A stretch of 34,295 nucleotides of DNA from an uncultured Candidatus Nitrosopelagicus sp. (GCA_964564665.1 CAZMBA010000016.1:1-34295), one strand, 5' to 3'; shown: positions 9,806-20,149, numbered from the stretch's first letter. Translations and numbers: made by a program. Notes: generated from the letters alone by a model not told the origin.

Positions 9806-10170
9806 CGTTTTACAACAGGCAAACAAGCATCAATTATTCGTATAACCTCGGTTCGTATAACATTCTTATCAATTGAGACCCAGATCTTTCTTGTTCCAAC
9901 AGAGAATGCTAATGTTTGCACACCTGCTCTTTCCTCCCAGACAAATTCAACATCACCAAGTTGGGCATCAAATTGGTCTTCTAACTCTGTTTTGATAGCT
10001 ATCTGTGCAAATTGATACTGTGTATTTTTTTGATCAAGCAATGGCTTTAGACCATCCCTTCGTTGATACGCTAATAACTGACCATTCTTACTTATTACAC
10101 CAACAAATCTAATATACGGACTGATTTTTCCAATTAAATCAGCAATTTCATAATTTTCATTTTCTGTCAT
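9796..10170 (-). CDS. Hypothetical protein, roadblock/LC7-like thaumarchaeal family (DUF6659-like)
   Basis: IRFVGVISKNGQLL...RDGLKPLL pattern. Confidence 0.65.
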   Translation of the reverse strand: MTENENYEIADLIGKISPYIRFVGVISKNGQLLAYQRRDGLKPLLDQKNTQYQFAQIAIKTELEDQFDAQLGDVEFVWEERAGVQTLAFSVGTRKIWVSIDKNVIRTEVIRIIDACLPVVKRYS

Positions 10171-10247
10171 ATGTCTGATACTAGTTTTGGGATATTTTAG
10201 TGATTAGCAGGCAAATCTTTTCATAGTGATAATTAATTTATACACTA

Positions 10248-10910
10248 TTGGATCTTTGGGATTTCTTTCCATTCTTTTCTCCTGAGGTTGGATATATTGG
10301 TCTAACATTAGTTAGCTTTTTTGGTTCCCTGATTCCATTTGTCCCTATTCCATCTTTTATTTTATTAATCACAATGTCCATTGGGGATCAGTTTAACATC
10401 CATCTTTTAGCAATTATTGCAGCTGTTACTTCCACATTAGCGAAGCAGATAATTTTCTATGCAAGTTATGGTGGAAGAAAGATTATTTCTGATAAAACCA
10501 AAAAAAGAATGCTGCCGTTTCAAAGACTGGTTAAGCGATATGGTGCGGGTGCAGCATTTTTTGCAGCAGCTACACCGATTCCTGACGATTTGGTTTACGT
10601 GCCACTAGGACTGGCAAAATACAATCCTAGGAAATTCTTTATAGCAACGTTAACTGGAAAACTGGTTTTATGCTATGTTATTGTGATTTTGTCACATTAT
10701 GTAAGCGGACCAGTTATAGATCCAATTTTTGAGAGTTTTGGCATATACTCAGTTGAGGATATGCAAGATCCTACACCAATATTAATTGGAATAATAGGAT
10801 TTGGTGCGGGAATGACTGCAGTAGTACTAATTTTACTACGATTGGACTGGAGTCGTGTTTTAGGACGATTCGTTCCTTGGACGTTAGAAGACGATGATGA
10901 TGAAAAGTAA
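10248..10910 (+). CDS. DedA/VTT (SNARE-associated) membrane protein
   Basis: GSLIPFVPIP, ATPIPDD, F..ATLTGK; several TM helices. Confidence 0.85.
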   Translation: MDLWDFFPFFSPEVGYIGLTLVSFFGSLIPFVPIPSFILLITMSIGDQFNIHLLAIIAAVTSTLAKQIIFYASYGGRKIISDKTKKRMLPFQRLVKRYGAGAAFFAAATPIPDDLVYVPLGLAKYNPRKFFIATLTGKLVLCYVIVILSHYVSGPVIDPIFESFGIYSVEDMQDPTPILIGIIGFGAGMTAVVLILLRLDWSRVLGRFVPWTLEDDDDEK

Positions 10911-11467
10911 TCTTTAATGTTAATGCTAAAATTCCATTGTTTTTCAATGCCCTTAGAAATACCGATCCTAGATTTTTGATTGATTTTTTTTGGTTTTATT
11001 CCATCACTTATGGATAACTCTGAGTTATCTGTTAAATCCTTGTTATGATGCTTCATGGTTATTCCCAAGGCAATTGTTAATTTTCCTGGGCCATTTGAAA
11101 TATTTTGAGTCTCATTAACCCCCCTATTTTTTTTCATAATCTCTATTCCATTTTGTGGATACATTCCACGAATCAAAATCGCGCCAGCATTTTGTTTTTT
11201 GCTTTTTGCCACTACATTTAGCATAAAATACATTCCATAAATAAAATAGACATATGAAACACCCACTTGACCAAACATAACTTTGTTCCGAGGAGTCATT
11301 TTTACTGCTGCATGACTAGCTGGATCATCATTCCCTCTATATGCTTCGGTCTCAGTGATTATACCAGTAAGTTTCCTACCACGAATCTTTCTTGTGAGTG
11401 TTTTACCAAGTAACTGTTTTGCCACTATTACTGTTTCGCGTTCATAGAATTTTTTTTGTAGGATCAT
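10697..11467 (-). CDS. mpg: DNA-3-methyladenine glycosylase (MPG/AAG family) with read-through C-terminal extension
   Basis: ITETEAY, DDPASHA, YVYFIYGMY, GPGKLT, RIGIS; catalytic domain ends near 10904. Confidence 0.9.
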   Translation of the reverse strand: MILQKKFYERETVIVAKQLLGKTLTRKIRGRKLTGIITETEAYRGNDDPASHAAVKMTPRNKVMFGQVGVSYVYFIYGMYFMLNVVAKSKKQNAGAILIRGMYPQNGIEIMKKNRGVNETQNISNGPGKLTIALGITMKHHNKDLTDNSELSISDGIKPKKINQKSRIGISKGIEKQWNFSINIKDYFSSSSSSNVQGTNRPKTRLQSNRSKISTTAVIPAPNPIIPINIGVGSCISSTEYMPKLSKIGSITGPLT

Positions 11468-12567
11468 TTTCTCTTAATGATTGTAAGAACATCTTCATCT
11501 AGTAATACATGACCTAACCCAACTCGTTGGCCACCAAACTTTACGCTTTTACCCCATACTAGTCCGAATCTAAAATCTTTTTTCATTTTTCTATGTAGTT
11601 TGTTACAAACATCCAGCACAGAGTTGCCTTTTCTGATGATTAACGGCTCTTTAAAATCAGTTTTTCCGCCTTTTGGCCGCATGTAAATTCTGATGAATTG
11701 CAATTCATCATAGATTATATCTCTTAGTTTTGCAACATTGACATCTGCATCAGCTGAGACAGGTAAAAAATCAGTTTTTATTTTTTTTGAAGCTGCCTTG
11801 AGAAATTTATCATCAACAAGATCAATCTTGTTAAGAACAGTTATTGATTTTGCATATGTCTTATTCCCAGTAATGAAATCAACAAGTTGCTCTGAATCAA
11901 TATCTTCGCGTATAACAACTCGTGCACTAGTATAACCATATACATTGAGTATGTCTTTTAGAAGTTTTTCGGACATTTTTTTTAATTTTACTTGCTGTGC
12001 AACGGCGATTCCACCAGTTGTTGATTTTTCAATAACTATATCTGGTGGTTTTTGGTTGAGTCTAATTCCGATATTTCCTAATTCATTGATCAAAACATTC
12101 TCATGATAAGGTTGAAAGACATCAAGAATAAGTAAGACAATATCAGCGCTTCTAGCTACAGCTAGTATTCTTTTTCCCAGACCTTTTCCACTAGACGCAC
12201 CCTTGATAATTCCTGGTAGGTCAAGCATCTGAATTCTTGCTCCTCTGTGCTCTAAAACACCGGGAACGACTGTTAAAGTTGTAAACTGAAATGCACCAAC
12301 AGTGGATTTTGAACCTGTAAGCTTGTTGAGCAGTGTTGATTTTCCAACACTTGGCAGACCTATGAAAACAACTGTTGCATCACCTGTCCTTTTTACATCA
12401 AACCCATCTGATTTTTTCGCACTTTTTTTTACAGCAATTGACTCTTGCTCTCGCTTTAGTTTAGCAATTTTTGCTTTGAGTAATCCTATGTGATGCTCTG
12501 TGGCCTTGTTTAGCTGCGTTCTATGAATTTCATCTTGTATCGCCTTGATCTTCTCTGGAATTCCCAT
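11464..12567 (-). CDS. DRG/OBG-family GTP-binding protein with TGS domain
   Basis: NKATEHHIG, GLPSVGKST, FTTL, DLPG, NKID, C-terminal TGS. Confidence 0.92.
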   Translation of the reverse strand: MGIPEKIKAIQDEIHRTQLNKATEHHIGLLKAKIAKLKREQESIAVKKSAKKSDGFDVKRTGDATVVFIGLPSVGKSTLLNKLTGSKSTVGAFQFTTLTVVPGVLEHRGARIQMLDLPGIIKGASSGKGLGKRILAVARSADIVLLILDVFQPYHENVLINELGNIGIRLNQKPPDIVIEKSTTGGIAVAQQVKLKKMSEKLLKDILNVYGYTSARVVIREDIDSEQLVDFITGNKTYAKSITVLNKIDLVDDKFLKAASKKIKTDFLPVSADADVNVAKLRDIIYDELQFIRIYMRPKGGKTDFKEPLIIRKGNSVLDVCNKLHRKMKKDFRFGLVWGKSVKFGGQRVGLGHVLLDEDVLTIIKRK

Positions 12568-12635
12568 TGTTCCACCTTATTTCTCACTCATTTAATACGC
12601 TTCATATATTATTACCAATATGTCAAAACAGATCA

Positions 12636-13328
12636 TTGAGCAAAAAAGTTTTGGCTGTTGACATTGATGGGACTATAACTCTGAATGGATGGGGCAGCAT
12701 ACATCTAGGCGCATTAAAAAAACTGCGTCAATTAAAAGATGATGGTCATAAAATAATCTTAGTTACAGGTAGATCATCAGTTGAAGGATATCTTCTATCA
12801 ATTTTTGGAGGTTTGACACATATGGCAGTAGGTGAGAATGGTGGCTGCATCACACACGGTGATATCATGCGGCATAAAATCATTGGAAATAAGGGGGAAT
12901 GTGTCCATGCACTAGCATTTTTACAAAATAGGGTTGATGGAGAAATAAAGGAGAAGTCAGTTTTTCCTAGAATGACTGAAGTTGTATTAGAAAGAACATT
13001 TGACATCAATAAGGCACAGAAGGTTTTAGATGATGAAGGACTTAACGTTGGTTTGTTTGATAGTGGTTATGCATTTCATATTAATTCGAGAGGAATTGAT
13101 AAAGGAACAGGACTCTTAGAGGCGTTAAAAATGCTACAATGTGATGTGAAAGATGCAATTGCAATTGGAGATAGCGAAACAGACATTCCAATGTTCAAAC
13201 TGATCCCAAATAATATAGCAGTGCATAATTCAATCGATGATCTGAAGAAAATTGCTAGAATTGTTACAACAAAAGAGTCAGGAGAAGGTGTGCTAGAAGG
13301 CTTAGATATGATTTCATCTGACCTATAG
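12636..13328 (+). CDS. HAD-family phosphatase (phosphoglycolate phosphatase, archaeal SPP-like)
   Basis: DIDGT, VTGR, ENGG, DKG, GDSETD; TTG start at 12636 is more plausible than 12567. Confidence 0.85.
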   Translation: MSKKVLAVDIDGTITLNGWGSIHLGALKKLRQLKDDGHKIILVTGRSSVEGYLLSIFGGLTHMAVGENGGCITHGDIMRHKIIGNKGECVHALAFLQNRVDGEIKEKSVFPRMTEVVLERTFDINKAQKVLDDEGLNVGLFDSGYAFHINSRGIDKGTGLLEALKMLQCDVKDAIAIGDSETDIPMFKLIPNNIAVHNSIDDLKKIARIVTTKESGEGVLEGLDMISSDL

Positions 13329-13335
13329 ATATAAG

Positions 13336-15219
13336 ATGGCGTTTCTTGATCTGCTGACCAAAGTCAGGCATAATATTAATGAGATTGTAAAAAATCAGGG
13401 ATATGAAAATGTAAATTTTTCAGTAGATGCATCAAAACCAGGTTTTGGTGACATTACATGTAATGTAGCATTCCTGCTGTCAAAGCAGTTAAAGCAGCAC
13501 CCACATGATATTTCTAAAATAATTTCTTCATTATACCCAATTGAACCAAACTCTGAAATCAAAAATGTCACAGCGCATCCTACAGGCAATATTAATTTTG
13601 AAATAAATTACGAGTTTTTCAACAACCATGTTATCTCTGCATCGATACAAGATAACTATGGGCAGTTAGATATTGGTAATAAGAAGAAAATAGTTGTAGA
13701 GCATACATCTGTTAACCCAAACAAGGCACTGCATATAGGCCATATCCGTAATGTAGTGCTCGGTGATACAGTTGCTAGAATTCTAAGAAAAGTGAATTTT
13801 GATGTTAAAGTCCTGAACTATATTGATGACTCTGGACTACAGGTGGCAGACATCATTGTCGGATTTAGATTTGCTGGCCTTTCAGATAATCCACCAGACG
13901 GCAAAAAATTTGATCATTACTGCGGCGATGACATTTATGTAAAGACAACTGAGGCGTACAAGTCTGACAAGTCACTAGAAGAAAAACGTCATCAAGTACT
14001 AGAGGAGATAGAGGATGAAAATAGTGAGATTTCAAAATATGCCAAAAATATAACTAGGAAAGTTCTAGATGAGCAACTAAAAACGGTCTGGGAGTTAGAC
14101 GCTTTTTATGACTGCCTTAATTTCGAGTCACAGATCATTCATTCAAAACTTTGGGAGATCATATTCGAAAAGCTGAAAGCTGATAATTTAGTCAGACTTG
14201 AATCATCTGGTGATAATACAGGTTGTTGGGTAATCTCAGCAGACGGTGAGGATGATAAAATTCTAGTACGCAGTAATGGCGTTGCAACATATATCGCAAA
14301 AGATATTCCTTATGCAGCTTGGAAACTTGGACTGGTCGATGATCCATTCAGCTACAAGATCCATGCATTACAAAGTAATGACCAAACACTTTATGAAACA
14401 ACTTTGGATGAACCTTCCCAACATGATGATAAAACAGATTTCTTTGGAGATAGTGTAATTACTGTAATCGACAATAGGCAGAAACGTCTACAAAAAATTG
14501 TTACTGATTTAATGTCAAAATTCAAACATAAAGATGCATATGTACATCTTGGGTATGAGTCTGTTACACTTAGTTCTGATGCTGTAATGACACTTGGCTC
14601 AGATACAGATGGTAAATCTGCTCAAATGTCTGGCCGAAAAGGCCTTTACATAAATGCAGACTTGGTAATTGAAAATCTAAAAGCAAAAGTTTTCCAAGAA
14701 TCCAAAAAACGAAATGATGATTTGGACGAATCACACCTAACACAAATTGCAAGGGATGTTGCAATTGGAACCATCAGGTATGAGATGATAAAACCTGATC
14801 TTGATAAGATCATTACCTTTGATCTGAACAACTCGTTAAAGTTAGAGGGTGATACATGTAGTTACATACAATATTCTTATGCAAGAGCATCAAGGATCCT
14901 AGAGAAATCTAACATTGACCCAAATTTTGATGTAAATTTTGCAAATTTACATGACCCTTATGAGACTGAATTAGTAAAAATGATCTCCATGTATGGCATC
15001 CATGTTAATGACGCAGCAAACAATCTTTCACCAAAAATCATTGCAAAGTATTGTTATTTACTTTCAACTACATTTTCATCATTTTATGAAAATGTAAAAG
15101 TAAACACGGCAGAAACACCAGAATTAAAAAATTCTAGAGTATGTCTTGTTCATGCCTATCGAAGTACGCTCAAAAACGCATTTTCATTGTTGGGAATAAA
15201 TACGCCAGAACGAATGTAG
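13336..15219 (+). CDS. argS: Arginine--tRNA ligase
   Basis: EHTSVNPNKALHIGH, MSGRKG, YIQYSYARA, C-terminal PERM. Confidence 0.96.
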   Translation: MAFLDLLTKVRHNINEIVKNQGYENVNFSVDASKPGFGDITCNVAFLLSKQLKQHPHDISKIISSLYPIEPNSEIKNVTAHPTGNINFEINYEFFNNHVISASIQDNYGQLDIGNKKKIVVEHTSVNPNKALHIGHIRNVVLGDTVARILRKVNFDVKVLNYIDDSGLQVADIIVGFRFAGLSDNPPDGKKFDHYCGDDIYVKTTEAYKSDKSLEEKRHQVLEEIEDENSEISKYAKNITRKVLDEQLKTVWELDAFYDCLNFESQIIHSKLWEIIFEKLKADNLVRLESSGDNTGCWVISADGEDDKILVRSNGVATYIAKDIPYAAWKLGLVDDPFSYKIHALQSNDQTLYETTLDEPSQHDDKTDFFGDSVITVIDNRQKRLQKIVTDLMSKFKHKDAYVHLGYESVTLSSDAVMTLGSDTDGKSAQMSGRKGLYINADLVIENLKAKVFQESKKRNDDLDESHLTQIARDVAIGTIRYEMIKPDLDKIITFDLNNSLKLEGDTCSYIQYSYARASRILEKSNIDPNFDVNFANLHDPYETELVKMISMYGIHVNDAANNLSPKIIAKYCYLLSTTFSSFYENVKVNTAETPELKNSRVCLVHAYRSTLKNAFSLLGINTPERM

Positions 15220-15456
15220 TTATCTAAGAATTCCAGTTTGAAATATTTTGCAATTACACGTTGAAACCAGACACTGGTTCTTTTTATCAATATGTTCATC
15301 AATTAAATGGCCACATTTACTATTTTGGCAGATTTTTCTATTAGCCTCTCGTGTAATTACTCTCTGCGCAATTTTGTTTGCGTCCTCTTTACTGTAACCT
15401 TTTTTATCAATATAATAATGAACTATCTGGCTCCATAGTTTGTCAGTTTCTATCAT
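15220..15456 (-). CDS. Small hypothetical protein with C-terminal Cys/His metal-binding motif
   Basis: CQNSKCGH....H.....C....CNC. Confidence 0.7.
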   Translation of the reverse strand: MIETDKLWSQIVHYYIDKKGYSKEDANKIAQRVITREANRKICQNSKCGHLIDEHIDKKNQCLVSTCNCKIFQTGILR

Positions 15457-16171
15457 CGTGTTTCACTTTTGATGATGCGTGAAATCTTTTCAGTTCAAAT
15501 GCATGTTGTACTGAGTATTTTTTTATTTTAGCATCATTTTTTATATTTTCAGCCTCATCAAGTCTTATTCCTTGTGCAGCCAGAAACGCATCATCATTTT
15601 TCCCAAGAGCCTCGAATGCTTTGGATTTTTCTATTGGTACATTTGAGAATTTTGGTGTTATCTCCTGAATCATATCATAATATGTGATTGCATCATTATA
15701 CATTTGTAGATGATTATATGTAATCGCTAGATTCATTAATGCATCCAGATTATTTTTATCAGTAGTTAACACCTTCTTGTATGCAGAAATTGCATCCTTA
15801 TGTTTTTCAGTCTTGTTGAATGCAATACCCTTTGCAATAAGCACGTCAATATTATCACAATTATTTTTCAATATTTTATTACAGCATATCAAAACCTGAT
15901 CATACATTTCTAATTTTTCAGATGCGAATATTTTATTTTTTAATGCAAATTCATCATTACTATCCATTCCTAATACTTTTTCAGAGCATAGTATTGCATC
16001 TTGGTATGCACCAACCATATTATATGCAGTTGCAATATTCTGTAGAGCAAGTTTATCATCAGTATTTTTCTCTAGTAATTTCTGACAATAAGTTATAATT
16101 TCATCAAACTTCTTTCCGTCAAAAAGCTTTTTAATTTTTAAATAGTGATCATTTTCTATAAGATCTGTCAT
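15443..16171 (-). CDS. TPR-repeat protein
   Basis: Repeated 34-aa TPR pattern (ALQNIA, ALKNK, VLIAKG, ALMNLA). Confidence 0.85.
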   Translation of the reverse strand: MTDLIENDHYLKIKKLFDGKKFDEIITYCQKLLEKNTDDKLALQNIATAYNMVGAYQDAILCSEKVLGMDSNDEFALKNKIFASEKLEMYDQVLICCNKILKNNCDNIDVLIAKGIAFNKTEKHKDAISAYKKVLTTDKNNLDALMNLAITYNHLQMYNDAITYYDMIQEITPKFSNVPIEKSKAFEALGKNDDAFLAAQGIRLDEAENIKNDAKIKKYSVQHAFELKRFHASSKVKHDDRN

Positions 16172-16482
16172 TTGATTTCTTCCCTCCAGATAGTCGGCAG
16201 TTTTTCAATTCTTTCAATTATTTGCAGTGCTGTAACGTTATCCCTCTCTTGTATTGCAATTGAGAAATCAAATCCTAGTTTGATTGCTTCTGGTGTGAGA
16301 TCTTTCACATTTTTAAGAAAGCGACCCTCAATTTTCATTCTTTCCCCTAATGCACAGCTTAACCAATTATCCGAAAGATTTTGATGTTTTTCATCCAAAT
16401 TTTCATATATCTTACTCCTCCAGTCAACAAGTTCAAATTTTTTAATGATTGATTCTGTTTTTTGTGAGTAGTATAGACGCAT
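16168..16482 (-). CDS. Hypothetical protein
   Basis: 104-aa ORF overlapping the downstream TPR start by 4 bp (ATGA), operon-like. Confidence 0.7.
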   Translation of the reverse strand: MRLYYSQKTESIIKKFELVDWRSKIYENLDEKHQNLSDNWLSCALGERMKIEGRFLKNVKDLTPEAIKLGFDFSIAIQERDNVTALQIIERIEKLPTIWREEIK

Positions 16483-16621
16483 GGCACAGATTATCAGGCA
16501 TCAAATAAAAATTTTTGAGATACAAATTACCTCTATTAATGTTGATTACACACTGTGATGTTTCTAAACCCCAAGATTCATAAGCTAAAGAAAACGAATA
16601 GCTAAAAATTAGGAATATAAT

Positions 16622-18331
16622 ATGGCAAACTTTGGAACATTAGAATTTGTTTTGGATCGATATTCTGGTACTTGGTGCTGGAAGATCTCTGGCACTCGTG
16701 CTGTTAACATGGTTTCAAAGTTGATACCACGTGGCTGGTATGGCGATAAACCTAATGAGGTGATAGTTTCTGACACTGACGAAAATACCAAAAAATTGAA
16801 GATGATCAATGACAGATATCCATTTGAGGTTCTCTCAAAATCAGTATGGAAGAGAAAAATTATACCATTAACGATTAAAAAAAAGAGAGTACCCAAAATT
16901 GAGAAATTATCTCAAGAATTGCCGAGTAAGCAGTTCCGTGGTAAATTGCTTGATTTTCAGAGAGAAGGGCTTGACTTTCTACTGAAATCATCAGGAAACG
17001 CTCTTTTAGCGGATGAAATGGGGCTTGGTAAAACTGTTCAAACTTTGGCGTATCTATCAAAAGAAAAAAATGCGTTCCCAGCCTTAATTATTGCTCCATT
17101 AGTAACTCTAACTAATTGGCAAAAGGAGATTGAGAGATTTCTAAAAAAGAAAGGCAAGAATGGAAAAATTGTAGAGAAGAAATCACCAAGTTGTTTTATG
17201 ATAAGGCAAGGAAGGCAGAGTGATATTGCTGAATATGATTTCTATATCATCAATTATGAATTACTTCACAAAAGATTACCTGATCTACTAAAACTAAACA
17301 TACGTTCAGTCATTTGTGATGAAGTCCAACACCTGCGTTCAAAAACTACACAAAAATACTCTGCAGTTAAAAAACTTGCAGCGAAAGACGGTGTAAAGTA
17401 TAGGGTTGGTTTATCTGGCACACCAATTTACAATCGTGGTTCAGAAATTTGGCCCATCGTAGATATCTTAAAACCTGGGTTACTTGGAAGTTTCAAGGAA
17501 TTTTGTGAATACTTTTGTTATGTAAATGAAAAAGGAAAGGCAATTGTATTAGAAAATAAAAGAGATAGTTTACGTAACCAATTAACTAAACATGTTATGC
17601 TACGAAGAAAAAAATCAGATGTTCTAAAAGAACTGAAAGATAAAGTAAGATGTCCTGAGGTAGTTGCTTCCGATGAAAAATTCTATAAAGCTGAGCTTGA
17701 TAAAATTTGGTCAAAACTTGAGGAAGAGCAGAAATATGCACAGACTGCATTTGACAAGTCAGCTTCATACCATCGTGCAATTGAAAGCGAGCGCCAAGCA
17801 GCTGGCATTGCAAAACTACCGCATGTGATTAACTTTGTAAATGATATAATGGAAATTGAAGAAAGCGTTGTCGTTTTCTGTCACCATCGCGCAATTCACG
17901 ACTTACTTCATCAGAGTCTTTCAAAATATAATCCATCATCAATAATTGGTGGTCAAACTGATAAGCTAAGAGAAAACGAAATTACAAGATTCCAAAAGGG
18001 GAATACAAAATTAATGATTGCAGGATTACGTGCAGGAAATGTTGGAATTAATCTTAATAATGCAAGTTATGTTATTTTTGCTGAACTTGATTGGAGTCCA
18101 GCAATTCACAGACAGGCAGAAGACAGACTTCACAGAATAGGCCAAAAAAACACCGTGTTTGCATATTATCTTGTTGGAAATGGCACGCTTGATGAACATG
18201 TGGCAGATATTTTAGTTGATAAGAGTTATGAGATAGATACAATTCTTGATGCCAAAACTGAATCATTTGAAAATAAAGAAAGAGCGAAACTAATTCTTGC
18301 TCAAATTCATGATAAAATTAAAACAAAATGA
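16622..18331 (+). CDS. SNF2-family helicase/ATPase
   Basis: LADEMGLGKT, DEVQ, LSGTP, MLRR.K, GINL, W.P...QAEDRLHRIGQ. Confidence 0.93.
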   Translation: MANFGTLEFVLDRYSGTWCWKISGTRAVNMVSKLIPRGWYGDKPNEVIVSDTDENTKKLKMINDRYPFEVLSKSVWKRKIIPLTIKKKRVPKIEKLSQELPSKQFRGKLLDFQREGLDFLLKSSGNALLADEMGLGKTVQTLAYLSKEKNAFPALIIAPLVTLTNWQKEIERFLKKKGKNGKIVEKKSPSCFMIRQGRQSDIAEYDFYIINYELLHKRLPDLLKLNIRSVICDEVQHLRSKTTQKYSAVKKLAAKDGVKYRVGLSGTPIYNRGSEIWPIVDILKPGLLGSFKEFCEYFCYVNEKGKAIVLENKRDSLRNQLTKHVMLRRKKSDVLKELKDKVRCPEVVASDEKFYKAELDKIWSKLEEEQKYAQTAFDKSASYHRAIESERQAAGIAKLPHVINFVNDIMEIEESVVVFCHHRAIHDLLHQSLSKYNPSSIIGGQTDKLRENEITRFQKGNTKLMIAGLRAGNVGINLNNASYVIFAELDWSPAIHRQAEDRLHRIGQKNTVFAYYLVGNGTLDEHVADILVDKSYEIDTILDAKTESFENKERAKLILAQIHDKIKTK

Positions 18332-18340
18332 GGTGACAAT

Positions 18341-18592
18341 ATGGATTTTTTACTAGAAGAAGAGATGATCGACATACTAACATTTTGTCTACAAAATCCA
18401 GATTCATCTGATGTTGAACCAAAAAAGCAACGTCTGAAAGAAATTGGAAGAGAATTATTTGATGATGGTGGAGTTGATGCGATGGAGAATTTCTTTTTTG
18501 TAGTTGAAAACAGAATAGTAGGTGAGATTGAAAAAAATCCTAAACCATTCAGAAATTTATGGAATGGTATAACCGACGATTGGAACTATTAG
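18341..18592 (+). CDS. Small acidic hypothetical protein
   Basis: 83-aa ORF preceded by Shine-Dalgarno GAGGTGA. Confidence 0.8.
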   Translation: MDFLLEEEMIDILTFCLQNPDSSDVEPKKQRLKEIGRELFDDGGVDAMENFFFVVENRIVGEIEKNPKPFRNLWNGITDDWNY

Positions 18593-18630
18593 TAGAAAAA
18601 TTACTTGAAAAAAGATATCTGATGTTCTGA

Positions 18631-18774
18631 CTAGGCTTTACCTATTCTGAACATCGATGTACTGCAAGTTGGACAAGTACCTTTCACTGCAGGTTTTCCA
18701 TTTTTCATGGTAATTGCTGAAGTTCCTTGCATTTCTCGTTTGTCTCTGCATTTGACGCAGTAACCAATTGTCAT
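18631..18774 (-). CDS. DUF5679-like small Zn-ribbon protein
   Basis: MTIGYCVKCRDKREM...MKNGKPAVKGTCPTCSTSMFRIG (47 aa). Confidence 0.85.
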   Translation of the reverse strand: MTIGYCVKCRDKREMQGTSAITMKNGKPAVKGTCPTCSTSMFRIGKA

Positions 18775-18787
18775 GATTTTCTTGCAG

Positions 18788-18805
18788 TTTGCTAATATTA
18801 GCAAA
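18788..18805. promoter_or_regulatory. Perfect 18-bp palindrome, putative operator
   Basis: TTTGCTAATATTAGCAAA in the divergent promoter region. Confidence 0.5.
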
Positions 18806-18922
18806 AAACAGTGAAAATTTTTTAACAATTTACAATTTTTTTAACCATTTGAAAACATGATCAAAAAATTACGAATGATTTTGGTTAGATTACATTATAT
18901 TTTCAGTTTTACATGTAGATAC

Positions 18923-19771
18923 ATGCAAAATCAGTTTCTGGTTATTTTTCTTATATTGATATTTTCGACGTCAACAATTGGGCAATCTCTTGCGGAAAAT
19001 TATGATATTAATTTGGACACTACTTTTTATGAAAAATCTGACATAATCTCAATTTGGGGTAATGCAGAACCTAATTCACAGAGTACAGTGTTTGTATCAA
19101 TCAAGGACGATGGTGGAAACATTGTATGGACAGAGCGACTTTCACTTGATGAAGATGGTCAATTCTCAACACTTGTAATTGCAGGCATTTCTGGTTGGGC
19201 ATCTAGTGGAAATTATCAGGTAATACTAGAGTCAGGGCAAGTTATCAAAACAAAATCATTTTTTTATGATGCAGGGCCACAAGTTAACCCACCATCAGTT
19301 GTAGATGAATATTACATAAGCCAGGATGATCTCATTTTGATGTTTACAATTGCAATTATAATTGTGGCAGGAATTTTTGTGTATTTGGCACGAAACATTC
19401 TTCTGAGGAAAAAAACAAAATATGACGAAACCGATCTTGATTCTCAGAAAGATCGTGATTATGAAAAATATCATTCTGATTGGACTGACGAAGATATTTT
19501 TGGCTCACGCAAATCAACAATTAATGCAAAAGAATTTCGTGAAATGTATAATGACAAATCTCTTCCTGATTACTATTCAATTCTAAATATATCTGATAAT
19601 GCATCATCCTTAGAGATTAAAAACCAATATAGAAAATTAGCAAAACAATTTCATCCTGATAGAAATAAAGATTCGTCGGAGAAAAAAATGGCAGAAATTA
19701 ATAGCGCATATGAAGTATTATCTGATAAAAAACTAAAAGAAGAGTATGATAAATTCTATAAATTAATCTGA
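18923..19771 (+). CDS. Membrane protein: signal peptide, extracellular beta domain, TM, cytoplasmic DnaJ (J) domain
   Basis: DYYSIL, YRKLAKQFHPDRN, INSAYEVLSD; hydrophobic N-terminus and internal TM. Confidence 0.85.
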   Translation: MQNQFLVIFLILIFSTSTIGQSLAENYDINLDTTFYEKSDIISIWGNAEPNSQSTVFVSIKDDGGNIVWTERLSLDEDGQFSTLVIAGISGWASSGNYQVILESGQVIKTKSFFYDAGPQVNPPSVVDEYYISQDDLILMFTIAIIIVAGIFVYLARNILLRKKTKYDETDLDSQKDRDYEKYHSDWTDEDIFGSRKSTINAKEFREMYNDKSLPDYYSILNISDNASSLEIKNQYRKLAKQFHPDRNKDSSEKKMAEINSAYEVLSDKKLKEEYDKFYKLI

Positions 19772-20149
19772 TTTAATTTTAAAGTCTTTTATTGATAAAT
19801 ATAGTACGACCTTTGAAGAGTTTTGCATAGTGTTTGTTAAATTTGTAACAAGGAAAATCTTTTTTCCATCACCAATTTCTGCTTCTAGATATATATCAAG
19901 AAATGATTTGTTTGGCCCTAACATTGCTTTTGTAAGGTGATCTGTTATATCAGTGTCAAAAAAAACAGCTTCTATTTTTCTCTCTTTTAGATCGGCTACA
20001 TAAACACCGCCTCTTGTTGTTGGTTCTGTAACAGGATTTTCAGCTTGAAAAATCCTTGTTTTATTAATAGGAAAGACTTTGTCAGAAATAAGTAAATTAA
20101 ATCTCGCACTATTTTTTTCCACGATTAATCCTAAATCATTTTCATTCAT
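19763..20149 (-). CDS. Hypothetical protein
   Basis: 128-aa ORF containing PTTRGGVY and MLGPN. Confidence 0.75.
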   Translation of the reverse strand: MNENDLGLIVEKNSARFNLLISDKVFPINKTRIFQAENPVTEPTTRGGVYVADLKERKIEAVFFDTDITDHLTKAMLGPNKSFLDIYLEAEIGDGKKIFLVTNLTNTMQNSSKVVLYLSIKDFKIKSD

